In this document: positions 9,015-19,390 of the stretch, in pieces
Layout: each line of letters starts with the position of its first letter
Position numbering within the stretch: position 1 is the stretch's first letter
Source: Patescibacteria group bacterium
GTDB lineage: Bacteria; Patescibacteriota; Minisyncoccia; Phycocordibacterales; SIBU01
Assembly: GCA_040390045.1 (NCBI GenBank)
Contig: JAZJZC010000003.1
Coordinates: forward strand, 115 to 64,114
Direction of reading: 5' to 3'
DNA: 64,000 bases
Translations under genes and position numbers: made by a program
Notes under the pieces: generated by a model
The model's database searches: none
What the model was told of the DNA's origin: nothing
What the model saw: the letters and a program-made list of their open reading frames with translations, nothing else

Positions 9015-10736
9015 ATGACTTTAACCACACTGGGTTCTTTTGTTTGTAATCTGCAACAAACAGCTTTTCTTGGAAATTTTTTTGTACTAGCGGGACCGGC
9101 TTTTTTATACTATTCCTATGTGCCGATTGTTTTTATTGCGACATTTCTGGGATTTTACGTTTTTCTAAATGGTCAGCGGTCTATACAAAGCAGAACACTT
9201 CTCAGCCTTACGGTATTTTTTGTTCTTTGGATTTTAAATATTTTAGTTCAATGGATTTCGCCCTACCATACGATCATGATGCTTGCGTGGCAACTTACAG
9301 CAGTTTTTGAAGTTGGATTTTTTCTTATGGCGTTATACTTTTCATATACCTTTTTTAACAAAAAGGATCTTCCGTTTTCTGGAAAATTTTTATTATTTAT
9401 TTTGAGTTTGATTACAATTATTTTAGTTCCTACAAAATTCAATATACCGCTATATAACATCATTGATTGCGAGGGTATTACTGGACCATTGTGGAATGTT
9501 ATATATGCACTGGAGCCGGCAGCCATTGTTCTCATAATATATATGGGTTTTGATGCATATCGCAAAACGCAAGAATCACTATTCAAAAGGCAAATTATCT
9601 TTCTTTCTTCGGGACTGGCAATTTTCTTAACGTCATTTTTTCTTTCAAATCTCTTGGGTGAGATAACAAAAATTTATGAATTCAACCTTTGGGGCACACC
9701 GGGAATGCTTTTATTTTTAGGACTTTTGGCGTACATGATAGTCCAATTCGAAACCTTTAACGCCAAACTTCTCGGAGCCCAAGCTCTTGTTGCAGGTCTT
9801 TTGGCCCTTATTGCCTCAATTCTTTTTGTACCAACAGAATACGTTAGGGTCATTACCTCTATTACCCTTATCCCCGCTTTCATTTTTGGAACAATTCTAA
9901 TTCGAGGTGTTAAGCGCGAAGCAGAGCAACGCGAACAACTCAAAGACCTGAATACTAATTTGGAGAAAAAAGTCTCCGCCCAAACCCTCACCATTCGGCA
10001 TGCGTTGGAAGTCGAGAAAAAAGCCCATGGGGAGCTGGAAAAACTCGATCAAAACAAAAGCGATTTTATTATCATCACCCAACACCATCTTCGCACTCCG
10101 CTAGCCCAAATTCATTGGTACACCGATTCAATCCTCAACGGACTCTACGGCAACATCTCAGGAGAATTCGCTGGTGTCATTGCCAACATTGGCAAAAGTT
10201 CTGAGAAATTGATCAAAACTCTCAACAATTTCCTCGATATTTCGCAATTAAAAATTGGCACTCAAATCCTTTCTCTGGAACCCACGAATCTCAAAGAGAT
10301 TTTGGAAGAATTACTACAGGAAATGTCCCCTGAAATCATAAAGCGTAAAATCAGCGTTAACTTTAGAGAACACGATCCTTGGCCAACCGTTTCAGTTGAT
10401 CCTGCCCGAATGAGAGACTCCCTTTCTATTATTCTCGACAACGCCATCAAGTACAATATCGATGGCGGAACTATCGACATTTCAACCAGCGAAAAGAAAT
10501 CTCAATTGCAGTTGGAAATCAGTAACACCGGTATACTGCTGACCAAAGAAGACCGCTCCAGAATCTTCAAGGAAAGCTTCTTCCGTTCAAAAGAAGCTAA
10601 AAAAGTTAATCCGCTCGGCATGGGCGTTGGACTTCTCGTTGCCAAAACTATTGTGCAGGCACATCGAGGAACAATTTCAGTTGAGAGTAATGGAGAAGGG
10701 GGAATGAAAGTAAGGGTGGGAGCGAGAAGGGGATAA
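9015..10736 (+). CDS. Sensor histidine kinase with polytopic (7-8 TM) N-terminal sensor domain
   Basis: H-box HHLRTPLAQIHWYTD, HATPase_c G-boxes (NPLGMGVGLLVAKTIVQAHRGTISVES); many N-terminal hydrophobic helices. Confidence 0.85.
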   Translation: MTLTTLGSFVCNLQQTAFLGNFFVLAGPAFLYYSYVPIVFIATFLGFYVFLNGQRSIQSRTLLSLTVFFVLWILNILVQWISPYHTIMMLAWQLTAVFEVGFFLMALYFSYTFFNKKDLPFSGKFLLFILSLITIILVPTKFNIPLYNIIDCEGITGPLWNVIYALEPAAIVLIIYMGFDAYRKTQESLFKRQIIFLSSGLAIFLTSFFLSNLLGEITKIYEFNLWGTPGMLLFLGLLAYMIVQFETFNAKLLGAQALVAGLLALIASILFVPTEYVRVITSITLIPAFIFGTILIRGVKREAEQREQLKDLNTNLEKKVSAQTLTIRHALEVEKKAHGELEKLDQNKSDFIIITQHHLRTPLAQIHWYTDSILNGLYGNISGEFAGVIANIGKSSEKLIKTLNNFLDISQLKIGTQILSLEPTNLKEILEELLQEMSPEIIKRKISVNFREHDPWPTVSVDPARMRDSLSIILDNAIKYNIDGGTIDISTSEKKSQLQLEISNTGILLTKEDRSRIFKESFFRSKEAKKVNPLGMGVGLLVAKTIVQAHRGTISVESNGEGGMKVRVGARRG

Positions 10737-10769
10737 CAGAATATGTACGAGCAACCGGTTACTTGCTAT

Positions 10770-10805
10770 AATTGTTGTTAAGAAATAACAATTAATGTTA
10801 CAATA
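10770..10805. promoter_or_regulatory. Operator-like palindrome AATTGTTGTTAAGAAATAACAATT plus ATGTTACAAT upstream of the dksA-like gene
   Basis: Arms AATTGTT/AACAATT with inner TTGTTA/TAACAA; motif shared with 8845-8876. Confidence 0.3.
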
Positions 10806-10814
10806 ATAGTCTGA

Positions 10815-11213
10815 GTGACAGAGAACGATCTTTATTGGTATCATAGGGATATGGAAAACATAGACACAAAAAAATATCGAGAATTATTAACAAAAGAATT
10901 AGCAGTTGTCGAGAAAGAATTAAATACCATAGGCCGAAAAAATCCTTCGAACCCGGCTGACTGGGAAGCGATGCCTGACAAAATGGACACGCTTGCATCC
11001 GACTCAAATGACGTCGCTGACAGTATCGAATCCTACGAAGAAAACACAGGAATTTTGAAACAACTAGAAATTCGTTTTAATGAAATCAAGCGCGCACTAG
11101 AAAGAATCGAAGCTGGAACATACGGAACTTGTGAAGTGAGTGGGGAACCGATTGAAATCAAAAGACTTGATGCCAATCCGGCGGCGACTACCTGCTTGAA
11201 GCACATCAAATAA
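10815..11213 (+). CDS. DksA/TraR-family C4 zinc-finger-like regulator (partial Cys set)
   Basis: 132 aa; coiled-coil N-terminus; C-terminal GTCEVSGEPIEI...AATTC resembles the DksA/TraR zinc finger but has only two of four Cys. Confidence 0.5.
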   Translation: MTENDLYWYHRDMENIDTKKYRELLTKELAVVEKELNTIGRKNPSNPADWEAMPDKMDTLASDSNDVADSIESYEENTGILKQLEIRFNEIKRALERIEAGTYGTCEVSGEPIEIKRLDANPAATTCLKHIK

Positions 11214-11328
11214 ACTCGAAGCACCAAATCCGAAATCCGAAACAAACCCCGAAAATCTAAATGTTTAAAATTTTAAAAATTAGAATTTAGATATTGTTTC
11301 GAATTTCGTGCTTCGAATTTCGGATTTC
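11214..11328. repeat. Second copy of the palindromic stop-codon-abutting repeat family (see 2266-2400)
   Basis: 5' arm CTCGAAGCACCAAATCCGAAATCCGAAAC; 3' arm GTTTCGAATTTCGTGCTTCGAATTTCGGATTTC is its imperfect reverse complement. Confidence 0.6.
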
Positions 11329-11334
11329 ATTCCC

Positions 11335-12882
11335 ATGTCTTTCGCCAAGGTCTACAGCGCCCAAACAACCCTACTCTCCGCTCAGATCATTTCAGTAGAA
11401 ATAGATTTATCTAAAGGATTACACTCATTTTCCATAGTCGGCCTCCCCGACAAGGGTGTGGAAGAATCTCGTGATCGTGTTGCCGCCGCCATCAAAAATT
11501 CCGGCTTCACTTCTCCCAAACAAAAAAACCAGAAGGTGACAATTTCACTGGCGCCCGCGGATGTGAAAAAAGAAGGGCCGATTTTTGATCTGGCGATAGC
11601 TTTGGCCTACCTTGCTGCTTCGGAAGAAATTAAACTGGAACCGGAAGGCAAAATTTTTCTTGGTGAACTGTCTTTGGATGGAAAGTTACGAAAAATTCAC
11701 GGAGTGTTGCCGCTGGCTCGAAAGGCACATGACGAAGGTTTCAAAGAAATTTATGTACCCGAGGAAAACGCGCGCGAAGCGGCGCTCATCGAAGGAATTA
11801 ACGTTTTTGGGATCAACAACTTAACGCAAATTCTGGAACACTTGGCAACCGACGCTGAACCAGATCGGGTAGGAAAAAGTTTGCAGCCTCAGGAAACCAC
11901 GCGGATTGCGAAAAAATCTCAAAATTACGAAGTTGATTTTTCAGACATCAAGGGCCAGGAAACAGCAAAAAGAGGATTGGAAATTGCCGCGGCAGGAGGA
12001 CACAACATTGCCATGTTTGGGCCACCAGGCACCGGCAAAACCATGCTCGCCAAGGCCTTTTGTCATATTTTGCCACCACTTTCTTTTGAAAAAATACTTG
12101 ATGTCACCGCCATTCATTCTATCGCCGGAATTTTAAAAGGCGACATGCTGAGCGAGCCGCCGATCCGTTCACCGCACCACACCGCGTCCTACGTTTCACT
12201 GGTTGGTGGTGGATCGACACCAAAACCCGGCGAAGTGACCCTTTCGCATCACGGAGTTTTGTTTCTCGACGAATTTGCGGAATTTGAACGTCGCGCCATA
12301 GATGCCCTTCGTGAACCTTTGGAAGAAAGGGTAATGAGCGTTTCTCGAGCGCGCGGTACAGTGCATTTTCCGGCAAAATTTATTTTAATTGCCGCCATGA
12401 ATCCGTGCCCGTGCGGGAATAATGGCTCAACGGAAAAAAATTGTATCTGCTCTCCGATTATTCTCAAGCGTTACAAAGATAAAATTTCCGGACCGATTAT
12501 CGACCGGATCGATATTTGGCTTGAAGTTCCTAGAATTTCTCACCAGACTCTTTCGAATAAATCCGGCTCTGAAAGTACAGCGGCAGTCAGAGAAAGGGTC
12601 ATTAAAGCTAGAGAAATCCAAGAAGCGCGGTTCAAGGCACATGGCCGAGCCATCGATACCAATAGCGACCTTTCGGCGCGAGACATCTCAAAAATCATTG
12701 ATCTTGATGAGAGTGTCACAAAAATATTAAACACTTTGGCTGAGCGACTCGGTCTTTCTGGACGAGCCTACCATCGCGTCATTAAACTAGCTCGAACTAT
12801 CGCCGATCTCGACGGCTCCGAAAAAATAGCTGAGAATCACGTACTTGAAGCGCTCCAATATCGCCCGAAGCAGCTGGCGTAG
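11335..12882 (+). CDS. comM: YifB/ComM family Mg-chelatase-like AAA+ ATPase
   Basis: N-terminal Lon-protease-like segment, Walker A GPPGTGKTMLAK, C-terminal Mg-chelatase-type domain. Start moved to 11335 because 11308-11334 lies inside the palindromic repeat. Confidence 0.9.
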   Translation: MSFAKVYSAQTTLLSAQIISVEIDLSKGLHSFSIVGLPDKGVEESRDRVAAAIKNSGFTSPKQKNQKVTISLAPADVKKEGPIFDLAIALAYLAASEEIKLEPEGKIFLGELSLDGKLRKIHGVLPLARKAHDEGFKEIYVPEENAREAALIEGINVFGINNLTQILEHLATDAEPDRVGKSLQPQETTRIAKKSQNYEVDFSDIKGQETAKRGLEIAAAGGHNIAMFGPPGTGKTMLAKAFCHILPPLSFEKILDVTAIHSIAGILKGDMLSEPPIRSPHHTASYVSLVGGGSTPKPGEVTLSHHGVLFLDEFAEFERRAIDALREPLEERVMSVSRARGTVHFPAKFILIAAMNPCPCGNNGSTEKNCICSPIILKRYKDKISGPIIDRIDIWLEVPRISHQTLSNKSGSESTAAVRERVIKAREIQEARFKAHGRAIDTNSDLSARDISKIIDLDESVTKILNTLAERLGLSGRAYHRVIKLARTIADLDGSEKIAENHVLEALQYRPKQLA

Positions 12883-12904
12883 TGAGGCGGAATCAAGACA
12901 AAGA

Positions 12905-12923
12905 AAAAGCCCCTTTCGGGGTT
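12905..12923. terminator. Bidirectional intrinsic terminator between convergent comM and the M23 peptidase gene
   Basis: aaagCCCCtttcGGGGttt; on the minus strand it is followed by tttttctttgt. Confidence 0.55.
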
Positions 12924-12985
12924 TGCAGGAATCTTACCCATTCGACTCGAAGACTCGCTCAGGGTAAAAATCTTAAGAAAGATTT

Positions 12986-14065
12986 TTAAAACGGGTTCTT
13001 GGCTCCTCGGACTTCAAAGTGAAGATGTGCCCCGGTTGATTTTCCCGTATTCCCTACGAAACCAATAACCTGACCTTGATTAACATGCGTCCCCTGAGCA
13101 ACAATATCGCTGGACATGTGCGCATACAACGTTTGAGTACCATTTGGATGTGAAATAACCACATACTCGCCATATCCTCCATTCCAACCTGAATTTTTAC
13201 TGATGATGACCTCTCCAGAAGCGGCAGCCATAATTGGGGTGCCAACGGGATCTCCCAAATCAACACCGTTGTATCCGTGTATACCCTGAGTTTTTACGTA
13301 TGCGCCAAGAGGGGAGGCATAATAACCATCCAAACTTGGACCTCCTGTGCCTCTTGGTTTGGAAGTTGGAGTGGTACCGGTAACTTTCTTAACGGTTGCC
13401 ACTTCACCATCGGGAACGATCAAAGTGCCACCAACAGCCAAAGCTTCTCCATCTTTCAAGTTGTTGAACTGCTTAATTTCTTCAATGTCCGCCTTATACT
13501 TTGCCGCAATGCTTTTTAGGGTGTCGCCTGCCTTGATCGTGTGTTGAGTACCAGAAATAGGCAAAATAATAAGCTGTTGTCCAATTTTTAAACTGCTTGG
13601 AGTAACATCGTTAGCCCAAACAATCGTGTTGACTGAAACGCGGAACATCTTGGCAATCTGAGAAAGAGTGTCGCCTGGACGAACAACATAGATGCTGATC
13701 TGGTCTGAATGAGCCTCGTCGATATCCGCCATACTACCTGATGGACCGGTTTCCGAAAGGAGCGCAGTGTCACTTACCACCACGATGTCGCCACCACCTT
13801 TGGCAAGAGTTGGATTGGAACTGATAGTCGCTTGAAGCAAAGAAATGTTCTGTGAAGTTGCCACCGTAGCAACCTGAGCTTGGGCGGTGTCAGTAAATAA
13901 ATTTGAAACAAAAGAAAAAATCCCCGCATACGCAAAGGTTGGGAGACTTAAAGAGATGAAAATACTAAACAGCCTTGTATAAAAAAGGGCCTGAATTAGC
14001 AATTTTGTGCCTCTACTGAGCCATTTTTTCGAATTTGGCTCGAGAGGTTTGTGGGAGTCTTTCAA
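12986..14065 (-). CDS. LysM-domain M23 family metallopeptidase (peptidoglycan endopeptidase)
   Basis: Signal anchor; two LysM-like repeats (YVVRPGDTLSQIAKMF, HTIKAGDTLKSIAAKY); M23 motifs HxxxD-like GVDLG and HLHFEV. Confidence 0.85.
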   Translation of the reverse strand: MKDSHKPLEPNSKKWLSRGTKLLIQALFYTRLFSIFISLSLPTFAYAGIFSFVSNLFTDTAQAQVATVATSQNISLLQATISSNPTLAKGGGDIVVVSDTALLSETGPSGSMADIDEAHSDQISIYVVRPGDTLSQIAKMFRVSVNTIVWANDVTPSSLKIGQQLIILPISGTQHTIKAGDTLKSIAAKYKADIEEIKQFNNLKDGEALAVGGTLIVPDGEVATVKKVTGTTPTSKPRGTGGPSLDGYYASPLGAYVKTQGIHGYNGVDLGDPVGTPIMAAASGEVIISKNSGWNGGYGEYVVISHPNGTQTLYAHMSSDIVAQGTHVNQGQVIGFVGNTGKSTGAHLHFEVRGAKNPF

Positions 14066-14341
14066 AATAAGCCTATTTCTATGATTAATCTGGCGGTCTT
14101 ACAGAAAAGTGGCTCTAATTAGCCACTAAAAGGAAATCTCCCATATCGGCACTTGCATACTACTATAAACCCTGGCGGGGCGAAGTCAACTGATAAAAAG
14201 ACACCCTGGGGATAACGTTTGGGAGCAAAATTTTAGAAAAATTGTAAGCCAAAACGAGAAAATTAGTCCCGGAAATTTTGCCGCAAAATTTCCAGACAAC
14301 ATTCATCCCTAACTCGTCTCTCATGCTATAGTATTGTCTCA

Positions 14342-16318
14342 ATGAACAACCTCGAAGGACTAAATGCTCAACAAAAAGAAGCTGTACTTCAGACCGAAGG
14401 GCCATTACTCATCATTGCCGGAGCGGGAGCTGGCAAAACCAAGACCATCACGCACAGAATTCTTCACTTGATCACTCAAGGTGTAGCTCCCTCCAATATT
14501 CTTGCTGTAACTTTTACTAACAAAGCGGCCAAAGAGATGCGCGAGCGAGTGATGAAGCTCTTGGCGGAAGACAAAAGTCTCAATTTTCCTGTTTCGAGTT
14601 TCGATTCTTCTAACAACTACCGATCACAAACCACGAACCTTCCTCTTGTCTGCACCTTCCATGCCCTAGGCGTGAAAATTTTGCGTGAAAACTGCCGACT
14701 GCTCAACATTCCACTCCATTTCACCATTCTCGACAAAGGAGATTCCATGAGATTCATCAAAGACGCAATGGATGAGGCAGGCGTTGATAAAAAAAGCTTT
14801 GACCCGGCGGTAATCCAAAACCTCATCAGCAGAGAAAAAGGTTCGGGCATCACCGTCGAAAAATTTCAGGAAAAAATTGGCAACGAATACATCCCGACCG
14901 TGGCACTGTCAGTCTGGAAACGGTACGAAGCCAACTTGGCGAAGGAAAAAGCGCTGGACTTCGATGACCTGTTGCTCAAAACAGCCACATTACTCCGCGA
15001 CAACGAGGCCGTGCGATCGCACTACCAAAAAACCTGGCAATACATTCACATCGACGAATACCAGGACACCAACAAGGTTCAGTATCTCATTGCTAAATAT
15101 TTAGCTGAAAAAACCAAAAACATTTGTGTGGTGGGGGACATCGATCAGACAATTTACAGTTGGCGCGGGGCAGACATCAAAAATATTTTGGGTTTCGAAA
15201 AAGATTACCCAAACGCCAAGATGGTGATGCTCGAGGAAAATTATCGTTCAACCCAGACTATTTTAACCGCGGCCAATCGCGTCATCGCTAAAAATAAAGT
15301 GAGGAGAGACAAAAATCTATTTACTAAAAACGGCGAAGGAGAAAAAGTGGGAATTTTTGAAGCCTACGACGAAACTGACGAAGCTCGTTTTGTAGCTACC
15401 AAATCTCGGCAATTGATTGAAAATGGGACCTCGCCATCTGAAATTGCAGTCTTATATAGAGCCAATTTTCAGGGACGAGCGCTTGAAGAAGGAATGCTGA
15501 GCTTGAGCTTGCCGTATCAAGTTTTGGGAATTCGTTTCTTTGAAAGAAAGGAGGTGAAAGATATTATTTCTTACCTCAAAGCCTCTTTAAATGAAGAAGG
15601 TCTTTCTGATATCAAAAGAATTATTAATGTTCCACCGCGAGGACTCGGTAAGGTGACCGTCTTAAAAATTTTTGCTGGCCAGGAAAATACCTTGCCGGCC
15701 AATACTCTAAAAAAAGTAACGGCTTTCAGAAAAATCCTAGGGGAGATTAGGGAAGTTGCGGCTAAAGAAAAACCGTCACAAACCATTAAACACATTATCC
15801 GTGCCAGTGGCATCGAGCAAGAATTGAGAAATGGTGGAAACGACGATGAAGAGCGTTTAGAAAACATCCGGGAGCTTGTAACCTTTGCCACCAAGTACGA
15901 TGTCTATGAAAAACCCGAAGATGGTATTCTAAAATTTCTTGAGGAGGCGGCGCTAGCATCGGATCAAGATGAAATGATGAAGGGAAGAGATGCCATCAAA
16001 CTAATGACGGTGCATGCGGCCAAGGGATTAGAGTTTGAATATGTGTTTATCACCGGACTTGAAGAGGATTTATTTCCGCACAAAAAAATGAGTGCCGGCA
16101 AGGTTGATGAGCGACAAGAAGAGGAGGAACGCCGATTGTTTTATGTCGCTTTGACGCGAGCTAAGAAAAAATTGTATCTTTCATACGCTAGTATCCGAAC
16201 GATTTTCGGTTCAAAACAAATCAATGTGCCGTCGGAATTTGTATTTGATATCGATGAAGAATTGTCAGAAAAGGAAGAATCATTTGCAGGAGGAGGTAAA
16301 ATAATTTACCTGGATTAG
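14342..16318 (+). CDS. uvrD: UvrD/PcrA-family ATP-dependent DNA helicase
   Basis: Walker A AGAGAGKTKT; DEYQDTN motif; YRS (helicase motif IV). Confidence 0.9.
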   Translation: MNNLEGLNAQQKEAVLQTEGPLLIIAGAGAGKTKTITHRILHLITQGVAPSNILAVTFTNKAAKEMRERVMKLLAEDKSLNFPVSSFDSSNNYRSQTTNLPLVCTFHALGVKILRENCRLLNIPLHFTILDKGDSMRFIKDAMDEAGVDKKSFDPAVIQNLISREKGSGITVEKFQEKIGNEYIPTVALSVWKRYEANLAKEKALDFDDLLLKTATLLRDNEAVRSHYQKTWQYIHIDEYQDTNKVQYLIAKYLAEKTKNICVVGDIDQTIYSWRGADIKNILGFEKDYPNAKMVMLEENYRSTQTILTAANRVIAKNKVRRDKNLFTKNGEGEKVGIFEAYDETDEARFVATKSRQLIENGTSPSEIAVLYRANFQGRALEEGMLSLSLPYQVLGIRFFERKEVKDIISYLKASLNEEGLSDIKRIINVPPRGLGKVTVLKIFAGQENTLPANTLKKVTAFRKILGEIREVAAKEKPSQTIKHIIRASGIEQELRNGGNDDEERLENIRELVTFATKYDVYEKPEDGILKFLEEAALASDQDEMMKGRDAIKLMTVHAAKGLEFEYVFITGLEEDLFPHKKMSAGKVDERQEEEERRLFYVALTRAKKKLYLSYASIRTIFGSKQINVPSEFVFDIDEELSEKEESFAGGGKIIYLD

Positions 16319-16429
16319 GAAATCCAGGTAGCTGATACTAATATACGAATGAATGCGAATCTACAAATAACTACCAATGCTTGGTTGTGGGATTTTATTC
16401 GCAGTTATTAGTAGTATTAGTATAATTAG

Positions 16430-17209
16430 TTGATTAGTATGCTTTACGCTAAAAAATCATTAGGTCAAAATTTTCTCCACTCAAAAAAAGCCATCAGCGA
16501 CATCGTACTTGCTGGAGAAATACAAAAAGGGGAGACGGTGCTCGAAGCTGGGCCAGGTACAGGAATTTTAACTGAAGCTCTTCTACAAGCTGGAGCAAAA
16601 GTGTTGGCCATTGAAAAAGATCGCCGACTCATTCCAGTTCTTGAGCAAAAATTCGCCGTTGAGATTGCCTCGGGCAACCTGACCCTCATCGAAGGCGACA
16701 TCTTAGATTTTGATTCTTCTCTCTACCCACTACATACTACCCACTACAAACTAGTGGCCAACATTCCCTACTACATCACCGGTGTTTTCATCCGAAAATT
16801 TTTAGAAACCGAACATCAACCAAATAAAATTGTTATTTTAATTCAAAAAGAAGTGGCGGAAAGAATCGTGACCAGAGATGGCAAAGAAAGTTTGCTTTCT
16901 TTAGGGGTTAAAGCCTACGGCACACCGAAATACATCGCCACAGTAACAAAAGGGAATTTCCGTCCGGCACCAAACGTCGACTCAGCAATCCTCGCCATTG
17001 AAAACATTTCCCGAAACAATTTTGAAAACCCCGAACAAGAAAAAAAACTTTTCGCGCTAGCCAAAAAAGCTTTCGGTCAAAAAAGAAAAATGATCACCGG
17101 CACACTCGGTGTAAGTGCAGAGACACTTTCAGCCTGTGGCATCGAGGCAAAAGCTCGGCCAGAAGAACTGAGTTTAAAAGACTGGCTTTATCTAACAAAG
17201 AATATCTAA
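16430..17209 (+). CDS. rsmA: 16S rRNA (adenine1518/1519-N6)-dimethyltransferase
   Basis: LGQNFL motif, SAM-binding EAGPGTGILTE; alternative start at 16439. Confidence 0.9.
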   Translation: MISMLYAKKSLGQNFLHSKKAISDIVLAGEIQKGETVLEAGPGTGILTEALLQAGAKVLAIEKDRRLIPVLEQKFAVEIASGNLTLIEGDILDFDSSLYPLHTTHYKLVANIPYYITGVFIRKFLETEHQPNKIVILIQKEVAERIVTRDGKESLLSLGVKAYGTPKYIATVTKGNFRPAPNVDSAILAIENISRNNFENPEQEKKLFALAKKAFGQKRKMITGTLGVSAETLSACGIEAKARPEELSLKDWLYLTKNI

Positions 17210-17213
17210 AATA

Positions 17214-18308
17214 TTATCTACTGCCTGTCACTCCACCAATCAAACCCTCCTGTGGCAGTGAATAGCACGAAGGGTAAGCGATCATCAGACACGTCGACGC
17301 TGGAGTATATGCCCCAACAGCGTTTAACGAAAATGGCAAACTGTAGGTCATATACATCTGGGTACCCATATAATATGTTAAAAGCGCAGGGTATTCTGGA
17401 GGCAAGGGAGTTAGGGTTATCAGCCAATTACCGCTACAAGTGCAGGGGAGAATAAATAGGATTCTTGCACCAAAGGGTAGACCCGTCGTTAGTGCATTAG
17501 CCTTTTCGGGAGCGAAAAGTCCAACAATATTTTTAAAGAAACCCAAGAAACTGCCGGGGCCAGCTTTTGATGAGGTGTTTAAGCCGTGAATTTCAACGCC
17601 ACTTTTCTGAACTTCCTCAATAAATTTTTTTTCTGGATGATTTAAATCGATCTCTTTTTTGACCTGCTCCTTGGCAAAAGTGAGCGCATCTTTAGTATAC
17701 CCCTGTTTTGCCCCAACCCTATCAAGAGCGGCAAAAAGGGCAGACTCATCGAAAACAATTTTGTCTAAAGGCGTTTCGGGGTTTGGGGTAATGAGTTCAG
17801 TGGCAGGGGTTCCTGGAAAAGTAACTTCAGGTTGTACAGGAGTTGGAACCACAGGAGACGTGACGACAGGAAGATTTTGTTGAGTAGAAATATTTTGTAA
17901 TGAAGAAAGTTTTTTTCGTGTTGCGGCTCCCACAAAACCAGTGGCCTGGGAGAGCCCGTTTGGAAATAAAATTTCATCTCGATATTTCCACTGGAAACGC
18001 TTCACCGCATCAAAGGTTTTTGAACCAAAATAGTCGGTTTCAAAACCGATTGAAGCGATACCGCTTCCAGAAACTTGAGTTTCAACATCGGTATTTAACA
18101 TTTTTTGAAGCGCGACAACATCTGCGCCCTGAGAACCGACTGAAAGGTTTCGATAAAAGGAGGAAGTGGAAATTTCCTCGGCCAAAACTGGAATTGAGAG
18201 TACGAAAATGGATACTGCCACCAAAAAACTTTTGAAAAATAGGGTGCTACCTGTCTGCTGTTGTTGTACCGAAATCATATACACAATTATATCATGGAGG
18301 AAAAGCAA
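17214..18308 (-). CDS. Secreted protein with PG_binding_1-like domain and Cys-rich C-terminus
   Basis: Signal anchor; LSVGSQGADVVALQKMLN...YFGSKTFDAVKRFQWKY resembles the peptidoglycan-binding domain; paralogous in domain content to 3408-4985. Confidence 0.5.
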   Translation of the reverse strand: MLFLHDIIVYMISVQQQQTGSTLFFKSFLVAVSIFVLSIPVLAEEISTSSFYRNLSVGSQGADVVALQKMLNTDVETQVSGSGIASIGFETDYFGSKTFDAVKRFQWKYRDEILFPNGLSQATGFVGAATRKKLSSLQNISTQQNLPVVTSPVVPTPVQPEVTFPGTPATELITPNPETPLDKIVFDESALFAALDRVGAKQGYTKDALTFAKEQVKKEIDLNHPEKKFIEEVQKSGVEIHGLNTSSKAGPGSFLGFFKNIVGLFAPEKANALTTGLPFGARILFILPCTCSGNWLITLTPLPPEYPALLTYYMGTQMYMTYSLPFSLNAVGAYTPASTCLMIAYPSCYSLPQEGLIGGVTGSR

Positions 18309-18382
18309 TGTTGCTATTTTTTTGGTATACTTTCTGCTAAAGAAAGGAGGGACTCTGAACCTGCTGGAACTTTTGTATATAA

Positions 18383-19354
18383 ATGAAAAGTGTACACAAA
18401 AAAACTATCGTAATCATCGTTGTACTAGCTTCTATTGTCGCTCTTTTAGTTGTGGTTTTTATTAAATTCTCAAAATCCACCACCTATACCAGCTCACTCG
18501 ATGAAAGTACCATTCAATCAAAAATGCTGGCAGTTGATACCGACTCAGATGGTTTAAAAGATTGGGAAGAACAGCTATGGAAAACTGATCCGAAAAATCC
18601 TGACTCGGATGGTGATGGCGCGCTTGATGGAGAAGAAATTAAAACTGGGCGTGACCCGTTGAAGGCAGGGCCAAATGATAAGCTCGACACCGACACGATA
18701 ACCGCCAAAATAAATCCTGAAACAGAATCTGACCTCTCCGAAACCGACAAATTCTCTCGAGAACTTTTTGTAAAAATAATTGCAGCTGGGGAATCTGACA
18801 CTCCTCCGACAGAAGCCGATTACGAAAATTTTCTGAATCAAACTATTCAGCAACAAATTGACGCTCAAAAAATTAAGAATTACACTTCTGAAGATGTAAA
18901 AGTTGATGCAGAAGAAACTCCTGAAAAAATTAGAGCTTACGGCAATACTATTGCCAGCATTCTGACCAAAAAGCCCCCTCAAAAACTTGAGTTTGAAATT
19001 GCCATTGTGGATAGAGCCCAAACAAAGAACGACCCCGAGGAATTAAAAAAGCTTGAACCTTTGATTGCTGAATATAAACGCATTGAACATGATTTGATCA
19101 AGGTAACTGTACCGAAAAGCGCGTTGAAAAATCATTTGTTACTCATAAATGCCACAACAGCCATGGCGTGGAGCATCACTGGCTTGGAATATGTTTTATC
19201 TGATCCACTCAAAGCCTTGCCGGGAGTTACCGCCTATTCAGACAACGCGGACGGTTTTCAAAATGCAATCAGATCGTTTAAAAGTTATTTTGATTCGGCG
19301 GGAATTATTTTTCAATCAACAGACAGTGGTTATCAATTCTTCGATACGATATAA
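18383..19354 (+). CDS. Membrane-anchored protein with calcium-binding (thrombospondin type-3-like DxDxDG) repeats; first gene of the T4SS-like cluster
   Basis: N-terminal TM; DTDSDGLKDWEE / DPKNPDSDGDGALDGEE repeats. Confidence 0.5.
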   Translation: MKSVHKKTIVIIVVLASIVALLVVVFIKFSKSTTYTSSLDESTIQSKMLAVDTDSDGLKDWEEQLWKTDPKNPDSDGDGALDGEEIKTGRDPLKAGPNDKLDTDTITAKINPETESDLSETDKFSRELFVKIIAAGESDTPPTEADYENFLNQTIQQQIDAQKIKNYTSEDVKVDAEETPEKIRAYGNTIASILTKKPPQKLEFEIAIVDRAQTKNDPEELKKLEPLIAEYKRIEHDLIKVTVPKSALKNHLLLINATTAMAWSITGLEYVLSDPLKALPGVTAYSDNADGFQNAIRSFKSYFDSAGIIFQSTDSGYQFFDTI

Positions 19355-19390
19355 TTAGTAGGACTTATTCAGTCGGCATCCACAGGACTG

